DNA from: Flavobacteriales bacterium
Lineage (GTDB): Bacteria > Bacteroidota > Bacteroidia > Palsa-965
NCBI GenBank assembly: GCA_040377305.1
Contig: JBEIPA010000002.1
Span: forward strand, 160,001-224,000
Direction of reading: 5' to 3'
Length of the DNA stretch: 64,000 nucleotides
Positions 1 to 9,027 of the stretch are shown one piece after another. Made by a program: the position numbers and the translations under genes. How positions within the stretch are numbered: the stretch's first letter is position 1; each line of letters begins with the position of its first letter. Below the pieces are notes generated by a model. That model was not told the DNA's origin and made no database searches. It saw only the letters and a program-made list of their open reading frames with translations.

Positions 1-265
1 TTGGGATGATGATTGCACCCAGAATGATCAATCCACCCATTGTTGGTGTTCCTTCTTTTTCTTTCTGACCTGCTAATCCAAGTTCACGTACAGTTTCTCC
101 AACCTGTTTACGACGAAGCATGTCGATGATGCGTTTGCCAAACAGCATGGAAATAACGAGCGAAGTAATCAACGCAAACGCCGCGCGGAAAGAGATGTAC
201 TTAAACACTCCTGCTCCCGGAAAATCGAAAGCATCATTCAACCACGTGAAGAGATAGTATAACAT
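1..265 (-). CDS. mraY: phospho-N-acetylmuramoyl-pentapeptide transferase, 5' part (runs off the window start)
   Basis: Manual translation from the ATG at 265: [28 protein letters not shown]...KEGTPTMGG. Contains the MraY TPTMGG motif and overlaps the murE stop (TAATG). Confidence 0.95.
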   Translation of the reverse strand, partial: MLYYLFTWLNDAFDFPGAGVFKYISFRAAFALITSLVISMLFGKRIIDMLRRKQVGETVRELGLAGQKEKEGTPTMGGLIILGAIIIP

Positions 266-1728
266 TATGCGTTGGCGTTTTTCAATGATTCACGTACTAC
301 ATTCATATCGTCGAAAGGATGTTTCACTCCTTTGATCTCCTGATACTTTTCATGACCCTTACCTGCAACAAGTACAATGTCACCTGGCTTAGCCAATGCA
401 ATTGCTGTTCTGATTGCTTCCTTACGATCAACAATGCTGATTACATTGCGTTCGTATTTTACTTCGACTCCCGTTTTCATTTCTTCCAAAATCGCTTCCG
501 GTGATTCGGAACGCGGATTGTCGGAAGTGAATACTACACGATTGCTTAGTTCACAAACAATCGAAGCCATTACCGGACGCTTAGCGCGATCACGATCTCC
601 ACCACATCCCACTACAGTGATCACTTGTTCATTCCCTGTCCGGATATCACGGATAGTTCCGAGTACATTTTTCAAAGCATCAGGCGTGTGTGCGTAATCA
701 ACAATTGCTGTGATTCCGCTTTCACTTCTGAAATACTGAAAGCGACCTTCGACAGGACTGAGCGTGCTCAGCGTTGTAAGCACATTCAGTTTCTCTTGCC
801 CAAGCAAAATCGCTGTTGCATATACGGCCAGCATATTACTTGCATTGAAGCTGCCGATGAGCTTACTCCACATTTCAGTGCCATCAATATTGAGATGCAA
901 TCCTGAAAATTGATTTTCCAGAATGCGACAGTGATAATCTGCAGCAGCACGAATGGAGAAGCTACGTTTTAGTGCTTTTGTATTCTGAACCATCACCGAC
1001 CCATGTGCATCGTCCTTATTCACGAGAGCAAAAGCCGATGAAGGCAACATATCAAAGAATCCCTTTTTAGCTTTTATGTAAGCGTCGAAAGTTCCGTGGT
1101 AATCGAGGTGATCGTGTGTGATGTTGGTGAACACACCGCCCGCGAAATTGAGTGCAGCTATTCTGTGCTGAACAACCGAGTGTGAGCTCACCTCCATGAA
1201 TGCGTATTTGCAACCCGCGTCAACCATCATCTTCAACATGCGATTCACTTCAATTGCATCCGGAGTTGTATGCGTTGCTGGAATTTCTTCCGTGTTGATC
1301 ATGTTGCGTACGGTAGTGAACATTCCCGTTTTAATGTTCAATGCACGGAATAACTGAAACAGAAGTGTTACTGTTGTCGTTTTTCCGTTTGTTCCCGTAA
1401 TGCCGATGAGCTTGAGAGATTCAGATGGCTGGTCGTAATAATTCGCAGCCATGTAACCGAGTGCAACAGACGAATCGTTTACGCGCACGTAACTAATCTT
1501 TTCGTTGAGGTTTTCCGGCAGCTTCTCGCACACAATTGCAATAGCTCCGAGTTCAATTGCTTTATCAATGAACGTGTGACCATCGCTTTGCGTTCCTTTG
1601 ATGGCAACAAACAAAGAATCCTTTGCCACCTTACGTGAATCGAAAGTGATAGAGGTCACGGCAATATTCGTTGACCCGTGTACTTCCTGCAGGTTGGTTT
1701 TATAGAGTATGTCGCGTAACAATTTCAT
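265..1728 (-). CDS. murE: UDP-N-acetylmuramoyl-L-alanyl-D-glutamate--2,6-diaminopimelate ligase
   Basis: [11 protein letters not shown]-loop, [18 protein letters not shown] (meso-DAP specificity) and AGKGHE motifs; dcw position. Confidence 0.97.
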   Translation of the reverse strand: MKLLRDILYKTNLQEVHGSTNIAVTSITFDSRKVAKDSLFVAIKGTQSDGHTFIDKAIELGAIAIVCEKLPENLNEKISYVRVNDSSVALGYMAANYYDQPSESLKLIGITGTNGKTTTVTLLFQLFRALNIKTGMFTTVRNMINTEEIPATHTTPDAIEVNRMLKMMVDAGCKYAFMEVSSHSVVQHRIAALNFAGGVFTNITHDHLDYHGTFDAYIKAKKGFFDMLPSSAFALVNKDDAHGSVMVQNTKALKRSFSIRAAADYHCRILENQFSGLHLNIDGTEMWSKLIGSFNASNMLAVYATAILLGQEKLNVLTTLSTLSPVEGRFQYFRSESGITAIVDYAHTPDALKNVLGTIRDIRTGNEQVITVVGCGGDRDRAKRPVMASIVCELSNRVVFTSDNPRSESPEAILEEMKTGVEVKYERNVISIVDRKEAIRTAIALAKPGDIVLVAGKGHEKYQEIKGVKHPFDDMNVVRESLKNANA

Positions 1729-3860
1729 ATTGACAATTCGAGCACTACTTCGTTTCCTATTGAGATTTTTTCTCCGGCATTAATCGATTGTTTCTTTACA
1801 GTACCAGCACCTTTCACTTTGACTTTTATGCCGCGATTCTCAAGCAGGAATACAGCATCACTTGCATTCATTCCGCGCACGTCAGGCATAACACCTTTCT
1901 GCAATTGTTCATCGGGCGCAGATCCTTTTACTTCGAGTGAATTTGTTGCCGTCTGAACCACTACGAAATCGGAATTACCAATCGCGCCGTTTCCGTTTAC
2001 TTTCTGCTGGAGAAACGACATTGCCGCGAGTGTTGGAGCCGTAAGGCCTTTCTTCACCACCGGTTGCTGATTCAATGTGTCCTTCGAAAAATTAATTGGA
2101 GTGTGAATGTCAAACTCAGTTGCATAAACCCGATCTGCAATCTGTTTGAATACCGGGCCTGCAACTTTACCACCGTAGTAAACATCATTCGATGGAGCGT
2201 TCACAATTACAATGCAGGTGTACTTCGGCTTATCAGCCGGAAAGTATCCAACGAATGAAGCCTGATACGTTACACCATTTACACCCTTGTACTGAGAACC
2301 GTTTGCTATCTGCGCTGTACCGGTTTTTCCTGCGATCAGGTATACCGTATTCTTCATGCTTTCCGCTGTTCCATTCTGAACAACACCCTCCAACAGCTTC
2401 TTCGCATTCTTAATCGTTTCGGGTTTCGCTATGGCAGGATTCAGAACTACGGGATCGAAGTATTTCACGACCTGACCTTTTTCGCGAATCTCTTTGACGA
2501 ACATTGGTTTCATCATCACGCCATCATTCGCCACTGCATTGTACAGTGTGAGTGTTTGCATGGGGGTGATGAGTGATTCATAACCGATGGAGATCCACGG
2601 CAAAGAAGTTCCTGACCAGCCTTTTTCATTGGCGTTACGAATCATTGACTTGCCTTCGCCTTTGATTTCAATTCCCAGTGAATCGCCGAAACGCAAACGA
2701 TGTAAACCATCAGTGAAGACACGCGGCTCACCTTTGTAAGCGTTCGTGATTAGGCGTGAAATACCCACGTTTGATGATTCCCAAAAGGCTTCTTCTGCAG
2801 TAACAACTTCTTTCTTGGGTTCGTGCGAATCTTTCATTGTACGATCGTAGTACTTGAATGCACCGCCGTTCAGTTCAACTTCATCCGTGAGTGACAATCT
2901 GCCGTCGTCCATTGCAACGAGATAAGAAGCCAGCTTGAATGTTGATCCGGGTTCTTGTGCGTCTGCAATTGCGTAATTGAAATCCTCAACATACTCTCCG
3001 GAATCGCGGCGTGTAAGATTTGCAATGGCTCGAATCTCTCCGGTCTGTACTTCCATCAACACGACACAACCGTATTTAGCGTTGTGTTCAGCGAGTGCAT
3101 TCAGCAATGCATTCTCTGCAACATCCTGAATGTTGATGTCAATTGTAGTAACAATGTCGCGACCGTGTTTCGGTTCAATTTCATTCTCGTTATTGAGCGG
3201 CATCCAAACGCCACCAGCAATTCGGCGCATAAGTCGTTTACCACTCACGCCGGTAAGCACAGAATCGTACGCACCTTCGAGTCCAACACGTACACGCCCA
3301 CTGTCACCGATGTAACCAATGGTGCGCGATGCGAGCATTCGGAAAGGACGTTCGCGTTTGTTTGTTTGCACGTAGATTAAACCGCCTTTGTACTGACCGA
3401 GACGGAAAAGCGGAAAGTCTTTGATTTGTTCGAGTTCAACCTGCGAAACATTGCGTGCCAGCAGGAGATACTGCGCTGTGTCTCTTCGCGCCTTCATAAT
3501 CGAGCGGAAATAAGTGTCGGCATCTTTTGCAGGCAACAATGCAGCAAGCCTTCCGGAAAGGAGACGAACGCTGTCTTCAAATGCGGCATCGTCAATGCTT
3601 TGATTCGCATTTGGATCGATCGCTACTTCGTAATACGGTGAAGAAATTGCGAGAACAGTTGAGCCGTCCACTGCAAAAATATTTCCGCGTACTGCTTCAA
3701 CATCAATTTCACGAATGGTGTGTCTCTCTGCTTCCGCTTTCCAGTAATCGCCTTGTGCAAACTGGATATAACATACGCGACCGATTACAGTTAGTGCAAA
3801 TACACAGCACAAACCGTAAACGATGTACACACGACGCAATATGTCTTTCTTCTCTTCCAT
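1725..3860 (-). CDS. ftsI: class B penicillin-binding protein (FtsI/PBP3) with C-terminal PASTA domain
   Basis: N-terminal TM, RGNI dimerization motif, EPGSTFK (SxxK), SSN, KTGT, and PASTA (MPDVRGM). Confidence 0.95.
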   Translation of the reverse strand: MEEKKDILRRVYIVYGLCCVFALTVIGRVCYIQFAQGDYWKAEAERHTIREIDVEAVRGNIFAVDGSTVLAISSPYYEVAIDPNANQSIDDAAFEDSVRLLSGRLAALLPAKDADTYFRSIMKARRDTAQYLLLARNVSQVELEQIKDFPLFRLGQYKGGLIYVQTNKRERPFRMLASRTIGYIGDSGRVRVGLEGAYDSVLTGVSGKRLMRRIAGGVWMPLNNENEIEPKHGRDIVTTIDINIQDVAENALLNALAEHNAKYGCVVLMEVQTGEIRAIANLTRRDSGEYVEDFNYAIADAQEPGSTFKLASYLVAMDDGRLSLTDEVELNGGAFKYYDRTMKDSHEPKKEVVTAEEAFWESSNVGISRLITNAYKGEPRVFTDGLHRLRFGDSLGIEIKGEGKSMIRNANEKGWSGTSLPWISIGYESLITPMQTLTLYNAVANDGVMMKPMFVKEIREKGQVVKYFDPVVLNPAIAKPETIKNAKKLLEGVVQNGTAESMKNTVYLIAGKTGTAQIANGSQYKGVNGVTYQASFVGYFPADKPKYTCIVIVNAPSNDVYYGGKVAGPVFKQIADRVYATEFDIHTPINFSKDTLNQQPVVKKGLTAPTLAAMSFLQQKVNGNGAIGNSDFVVVQTATNSLEVKGSAPDEQLQKGVMPDVRGMNASDAVFLLENRGIKVKVKGAGTVKKQSINAGEKISIGNEVVLELSI

Positions 3861-4261
3861 TATTCTGGCAATTCCTTCACTGAAATCAGGAACGGAGGAT
3901 CTATTTCAGATTCTTTTAATCCAAGTGGTAATGCACGCAGTTTAACCGCCTGCCGTTCACTAACAATTGTCAGTGCTGATTTTGATGTGATGTAATCTGA
4001 GCGCAGTTGCTTGAGCTCACGTGCTAAATCATTCTGTCTGCGAATCTGTCCTTCACCATAATATCCGTTCGCTATGTAGAGCAAGACAACGAGCGTGAGG
4101 AAGAACATAAACGGCAACGCATTGACTGCTGAATCTTTAGAGAGGAAGGATCCGCTCATTACTGAGCCGATTGTACGGGTGACGACGTTACCGCCGCCGC
4201 CTTTTCCCTGCTTCGGCTTTACTTCTTCTGTTGGCTTCTCTTTTGCTGTATTCTTTGTCAT
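3860..4261 (-). CDS. ftsL: FtsL-like cell division protein (Bacteroidota type)
   Basis: Single TM followed by a coiled coil (LYIANGY...ELKQLRSDYI); lies between rsmH and ftsI. Confidence 0.8.
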   Translation of the reverse strand: MTKNTAKEKPTEEVKPKQGKGGGGNVVTRTIGSVMSGSFLSKDSAVNALPFMFFLTLVVLLYIANGYYGEGQIRRQNDLARELKQLRSDYITSKSALTIVSERQAVKLRALPLGLKESEIDPPFLISVKELPE

Positions 4262-4285
4262 ACCCGCTTCCTGCGGTTTACTTCA

Positions 4286-5203
4286 TCATTCGCGATGGTG
4301 AAGGTTTTTGGTTGCTACTCTCATCTTCGCGCTTCGTGCGCGCGTATTGTGTTCAATTTCTTCGTCCGATGGAACAACTGGTTTTGATTCCAGCGGCTCG
4401 AGCGGTCTGATCAGATTTCCGTAGAAATCTTTTTCCTGATTTCCTTCAAAGCTTCCTGAGCGGAAATAATTCTTCACCAATCTGTCTTCCAGTGAGTGGT
4501 AAGAAATCACCACAAACCTTCCACCATCTACAAGCACATCTGTTGCTTGTGAAATCATCTCACGCAACACTTCAAGTTCTGCGTTCACTTCAATCCGCAA
4601 AGCCTGAAACACTTTTGCCATGTATTGGTTCTCCTTTCCTCTTCTGGAAAGTGGAGTGAGAATTTGTCTCAGCTGCTCAATAGTTTCAATTGATCCATTG
4701 CAGCGCGCTTCAACTATTTTCTTTACCAGTAATCCGGCATTCTCAACTTCACCATACAGTCGAAACATGTGTTTCATATCCTGAGGATCGTAAGTATTGA
4801 GAATTACTTCTGCGGTGAGAGAACTTTGCTGATTCATTCTCATATCCAGCGGACCATCGAATCGGATTGAGAAACCACGATCTGCGGTGTCGAACTGGTG
4901 AGAAGAAACTCCAAGATCAGCGAGTACTCCATTCACGCTTGTGATTCCTAATTCATGAAGAGAACTTTTCAGTTCGCTGAAATTTTTCTTCACCAATGTG
5001 AATCGTGGATCGTCGGGTGTATTCTTCACCGCATCGTCATCCTGATCAAACGCGATGAGCTTTCCAGCTGCACCGAGTCTCTTCAGAATTTCTTTTGAGT
5101 GACCACCGCCTCCGAATGTAACGTCGACGTAAACTCCTTCCGGTAATATGCCCAGGGCTTCCAGGCTCTCATGTAAAAGAACGGACCTATGGTAAGTCGA
5201 CAT
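4286..5203 (-). CDS. rsmH: 16S rRNA (cytosine1402-N4)-methyltransferase
   Basis: DVTFGGGGHS, DLGVSSHQFD, LDMRM, ISYHSLEDR and RARSAKMR motifs. Start moved to ATG 5203 (MSTYHRSVLL). Confidence 0.96.
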   Translation of the reverse strand: MSTYHRSVLLHESLEALGILPEGVYVDVTFGGGGHSKEILKRLGAAGKLIAFDQDDDAVKNTPDDPRFTLVKKNFSELKSSLHELGITSVNGVLADLGVSSHQFDTADRGFSIRFDGPLDMRMNQQSSLTAEVILNTYDPQDMKHMFRLYGEVENAGLLVKKIVEARCNGSIETIEQLRQILTPLSRRGKENQYMAKVFQALRIEVNAELEVLREMISQATDVLVDGGRFVVISYHSLEDRLVKNYFRSGSFEGNQEKDFYGNLIRPLEPLESKPVVPSDEEIEHNTRARSAKMRVATKNLHHRE

Positions 5204-5666
5204 CTTCGGCCTTGTTACCCATGCTACCCATAACATCTTCTGCGAGTGAACCGAAGTCAACAGCCGGATCATTGATGGCTGCCTCGTAACGGTCTTTGTC
5301 CCAGATTTCAATCATGTTCACAGCTGCCGACATCACGATGTTCTTGCCGATACCAGCGAACGTCATCAGATCCTTCGGCACCAGGATTCTTCCTGAGCTG
5401 TCGAGTTCAACCGGCTTAACACCTGCATTGAACATCCGTATGAAGTCCACGTTCTTTTTCTTGAAGCGATTTAATTTGTTCACGTCTTTCACGAGAGCGT
5501 CCCATTCACTCATCGGATATAATTCGAGACACTTGTGAAACACGCTACGCTTCACGACAAATCCTTTATCGAGAACTGGCGTTAACTGCTTCTTGAATGC
5601 AACAGGAAGCAGTAGACGCGCTTTCGCGTCGACACTGCATTCATATACACCGAGAAGACTGGTCAT
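5187..5666 (-). CDS. mraZ: division/cell wall cluster transcriptional repressor MraZ
   Basis: DAKARL and DSSGRILVP duplicated AbrB-like motifs, IEIWD; first gene of the dcw cluster. Confidence 0.95.
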   Translation of the reverse strand: MTSLLGVYECSVDAKARLLLPVAFKKQLTPVLDKGFVVKRSVFHKCLELYPMSEWDALVKDVNKLNRFKKKNVDFIRMFNAGVKPVELDSSGRILVPKDLMTFAGIGKNIVMSAAVNMIEIWDKDRYEAAINDPAVDFGSLAEDVMGSMGNKAEDVDLP

Positions 5667-5704
5667 TTTGTAGCTGTTTCAGTGGCTAAAATTATGCATT
5701 AAAT

Positions 5705-5751
5705 CCCCACTATTTCCCACAATATACCACTTTTGTTGATAACTCTCCCAC
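5705..5751 (-). promoter_or_regulatory. MraZ operator: GTGG(G) direct repeats at 10-bp spacing
   Basis: On the + strand CCAC ends at 5710, 5720 and 5730 (exact 10-bp period), with a fourth at 5751, just upstream of mraZ. This matches the known MraZ binding-repeat layout. Confidence 0.75.
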
Positions 5752-6095
5752 TCTTCACAGATTTTATGTTCTGAAGCTTTGTATCATGCACACGTAAAGC
5801 CCAATGTTATCAATGGCTTCAGCGGTTTTCGTTCCGGTTAAACGCGGTGGGAGGAACTTAAAACCGACTCAGGATTATCAACATTTGAAGGCGCTTTTAT
5901 GTTCCACGAAAAAAGTGACGCCAATCTGCTGTAAGCCCTGCTATTATTACGTTTCAGAGGATCGATCCGGCCAGAAAGCCAGATTATCGCAATTTTGACA
6001 AAATCCACCAAAAAGTAAGATTTTATTGATATTTCAATGATTTTGAAGAAAATCAAACTGATTCGCAAACAGAAAAACACGGTACTTTTGTAAAC

Positions 6096-6929
6096 ATGAG
6101 TTCGCAGAAATTTGTTGATGTAGAAAAGATTATCGGGTCGAAAAACCCGCGGCTACTCAAATGGATGCCGGGATTTCTGCTACGCTATATCAAACGCATT
6201 CTGCATGAAGGCGAGGTAAATGAATTCATGGCGAAGCATGGGCATTTACGTGATTTCGATTTTATTCGCCAGGTGATCGAGTTCATGCGTTTGACGGTCG
6301 TTGTAAAAGGTTTGGAAAACCTTCCTGCAACCGGAGGCTTTATTCTCGCGGCGAATCATCCGCTTGGTGGATTAGATGGAATTGCACTCATGCATGCGGT
6401 CGGAGAAAAACGCAAAGACATTCGCTTTTTGGTCAACGACATTCTGCTCTATCTCGGTACCATGGACAACCTTTTTGTGCCGGTGAACAAGCATGGCAAT
6501 CAACAGGCAAAAGAGAAAATTGAAAAAGCTTACAGCTCCGAAAACGCTATTCTGATTTTTCCGTCGGGATTGGTTTCGAGGAAAAATCAAGGAGTGATCA
6601 GCGATCTCGAATGGAAGAAAAGCTTCATTGTAAAATCACAGCAGTACAAACAACAGGTTGTACCCTGCTTTATTGACGGAAAAAACTCCAACTGGTTTTA
6701 CAACCTGTCGCTTTGGAGACGGAGACTTGGAATAAAAGCGAATATCGAGATGTTCTATCTTGCTGATGAAATGTTCAAACAACGCGATCACACAATTACC
6801 ATTATCTTTGATAAACCGATTCCGAGCACACGTTTTACGCAGATTCACAACCCAAAACAATGGGCGGCAAAAATGAAAGATCATGTGTACGATCTGGGAG
6901 CCGGTAATAAAGGTTTGTTTGCAGAATAG
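6096..6929 (+). CDS. PlsC-family O-acyltransferase (GlsA/OlsA-like)
   Basis: NHPLGGLDG (HX4D) and IFPSG motifs; in an operon with a GNAT N-acyltransferase. Confidence 0.8.
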   Translation: MSSQKFVDVEKIIGSKNPRLLKWMPGFLLRYIKRILHEGEVNEFMAKHGHLRDFDFIRQVIEFMRLTVVVKGLENLPATGGFILAANHPLGGLDGIALMHAVGEKRKDIRFLVNDILLYLGTMDNLFVPVNKHGNQQAKEKIEKAYSSENAILIFPSGLVSRKNQGVISDLEWKKSFIVKSQQYKQQVVPCFIDGKNSNWFYNLSLWRRRLGIKANIEMFYLADEMFKQRDHTITIIFDKPIPSTRFTQIHNPKQWAAKMKDHVYDLGAGNKGLFAE

Positions 6930-6941
6930 CACACTGAACTG

Positions 6942-7892
6942 ATGGAAGACATGAAAGACATCATTGCACCAGTGGACCGTTCACTTCTCTTACGCGAGTT
7001 GAACAACAATACATTTGTGCGTACTGCTAATAACGGCGATAATCTAATCTACATAGTTAACGCGCACAATTCCCCGAACACACTTCGTGAAATCGGTCGT
7101 TTGCGCGAGCTTACATTCCGCGCAGCTGGCGGTGGCACCGGTCTTGATTGTGATCTCGATGATTTCGATACCTGCGAGAAATGCTATGAGCAACTCGTGG
7201 TTTGGAATCCTGATGACCAGGAAATTGTGGGTGGCTACCGCTTCATTCGTTGTGCAGAAGCCCGACAGTCCGATGGAAATTATCATCTCGCCACTACAGA
7301 ACTTTTTTCTTTCAGCGAGAAATTCAAGAACGAATATCTGCCGCATAGCATTGAGCTTGGCAGATCGTTTGTCCAGCCGCAATATCAGCCTTCCGTGAAC
7401 AACCGAAAAGGATTGTTCTCACTTGACAATTTATGGGACGGACTTGGTGCATTAACAGTCGACAATCCGGACATCACTTACTTCTTCGGCAAGGTGACAA
7501 CCTATCGTCATTTCAATATTAAAGCGCGCGATTATATTCTTCGTTTCATGGAACATTATTTTCCGGATGACGAAACATTGTGCTGGCCGCATGCTGTAGT
7601 TCAACCAACAGCTGATACCGCAGCATTCGTGCAGGACCTCGAAGGCAAAGATTATAAGGAAGGTCACAAAACACTCAACACCCTCGTGCGTTCACTTGGA
7701 GAGAATATTCCACCGCTGGTAAATGCGTACATGAATCTCAGTGCTACTATGAAAACTTTTGGCACTGCAGTGAATGATGAATTCGGCGATGTGGATGAAA
7801 CCGGTATCCTTGTGAAGATCGCAGATATTTATCCGACGAAAAAAGAACGTCATGTAAATTCTTACACGCCGGAAAAAAAGGATGGATTGTGA
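6942..7892 (+). CDS. GNAT N-acyl amino acid synthase (GlsB/OlsB-like; often annotated hemolysin)
   Basis: EIGRLRELTFR, IVGGYR, IELGRSFV, LW.G and IPPLVNAY motifs typical of OlsB-like GNATs. Confidence 0.8.
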   Translation: MEDMKDIIAPVDRSLLLRELNNNTFVRTANNGDNLIYIVNAHNSPNTLREIGRLRELTFRAAGGGTGLDCDLDDFDTCEKCYEQLVVWNPDDQEIVGGYRFIRCAEARQSDGNYHLATTELFSFSEKFKNEYLPHSIELGRSFVQPQYQPSVNNRKGLFSLDNLWDGLGALTVDNPDITYFFGKVTTYRHFNIKARDYILRFMEHYFPDDETLCWPHAVVQPTADTAAFVQDLEGKDYKEGHKTLNTLVRSLGENIPPLVNAYMNLSATMKTFGTAVNDEFGDVDETGILVKIADIYPTKKERHVNSYTPEKKDGL

Positions 7893-8491
7893 AAATAAAT
7901 TCAGCTATTTATTTACAGAGTTGTGTAAAGGTGGACACGTGTCCGAAACCTGATAAACCGGAGTTTGCGTTTATCGGACGTTCAAACGTGGGAAAGTCAT
8001 CGTTGATCAATATGCTCACCGGGAAACACGGCCTGGCAAAAGTTGCTACGCGTCCGGGAAAAACTCAAGTGATCAATCACTTTGTAATTAACGACGAATG
8101 GTTTCTCGTCGATTTACCCGGATACGGTTACGCGAAAGTTTCCAAAGACAAAAGAGCCGGGTTCGATCGTATGATCACGGAGTACATTCGCAAGCGCCCG
8201 AATCTGCTTTCTCTATTTGTGTTGATTGACAGTCGTATTCCGCCGCAGGAACTTGATCTCACTTTTCTTCGCAATCTTGGCGACAACCAAATTACATTCA
8301 GCATTGTATTTACCAAGTGCGACAAATTGGGGACGACAAAGCTGAAGAAGCATATCGAAGCCTATAAGAAAGTATTACTCGAAGAATGGGAAGAAGTTCC
8401 CAATCACTATTTGTCTTCAGCAGAAAACGCAATGGGACGTAAAGAAATTCTCGGCTTTATTAAGGAGAGCATGAAGTATTTCGAAATCTAA
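7889..8491 (+). CDS. engB: ribosome biogenesis GTPase YihA/YsxC
   Basis: GRSNVGKSS, DLPGYG and TKCDK motifs; GTG start. Confidence 0.96.
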   Translation: MKINSAIYLQSCVKVDTCPKPDKPEFAFIGRSNVGKSSLINMLTGKHGLAKVATRPGKTQVINHFVINDEWFLVDLPGYGYAKVSKDKRAGFDRMITEYIRKRPNLLSLFVLIDSRIPPQELDLTFLRNLGDNQITFSIVFTKCDKLGTTKLKKHIEAYKKVLLEEWEEVPNHYLSSAENAMGRKEILGFIKESMKYFEI

Positions 8492-8498
8492 AACGCCG

Positions 8499-8527
8499 CA
8501 CCCCAACCCCTTTCCCAAGGAGAGGGA
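8499..8527. repeat. REP-like palindrome (CCCCAACCCCTTTCCCAAGGAGAGGGA)
   Basis: Imperfect hairpin CCCTTTCC/GGAGAGGG between two convergent genes. Confidence 0.5.
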
Positions 8528-8556
8528 ATATTTTTGTGAGCTGTGCCGGATTTTTT

Positions 8557-8976
8557 TTAGTTGCGTTTGCGGGTATAATAGTTTCTGCTTGCACGCACGT
8601 ACGTTCTCTCGCCTTTCGGTCGCGTTAGTACGTCAATGATCAACTCTTCATCTTCTATATTAATAACACGATAGATGAATTGGTCCGGCAGTGCGCAATC
8701 CAACCAAAACTCATTCTTATTGCGATGCCGTGAAGCGCAAATCTGATACTTTCCTGAAGTTAATGTTGTGTGAATTTCATTCGGATAAATTGTAATCATC
8801 GCCTCCTCCGGATTCTCAATCTTGTGTTTACGATCAAACATTCCGGTCAATTTATATTTCCCGGTAAGTGACCACGAGGTGCTGTAAAGCTTCGACACAG
8901 CAAGAGAATCGGGTGTTGATCGGGCCTTAGCAAGCAGTGAAGAGGAAAGGAGGAGAAGTAGAATAAACGTGCGCAT
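8557..8976 (-). CDS. hypothetical exported protein (possibly a lipocalin-like barrel)
   Basis: Signal peptide MRTFILLLLLSSSLLA, a TSWSL motif and a beta-rich sequence. Confidence 0.6.
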   Translation of the reverse strand: MRTFILLLLLSSSLLAKARSTPDSLAVSKLYSTSWSLTGKYKLTGMFDRKHKIENPEEAMITIYPNEIHTTLTSGKYQICASRHRNKNEFWLDCALPDQFIYRVINIEDEELIIDVLTRPKGERTYVRASRNYYTRKRN

Positions 8977-9010
8977 AAAAAAACGGTCTGCATATTAGAC
9001 GCAGACCGTT
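8977..9010 (-). terminator. intrinsic terminator
   Basis: AACGGTCTGC/GCAGACCGTT 10-bp stem followed by a T-run on the - strand, just after the 9028 gene. Confidence 0.75.
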
Positions 9011-9027
9011 AGAAAAGGTTTTCTTAA

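Noticed and set aside
5204-5311. N-terminal extension of rsmH in the ORF track
   Set aside because: It overlaps mraZ; the RsmH family start is MSTYH at 5203.
5667-6095. oriC or parS in the mraZ upstream gap
   Set aside because: There are only two mismatched DnaA-like boxes and a half-site TGTTCCACG, with no full parS palindrome, box cluster or origin-associated genes.
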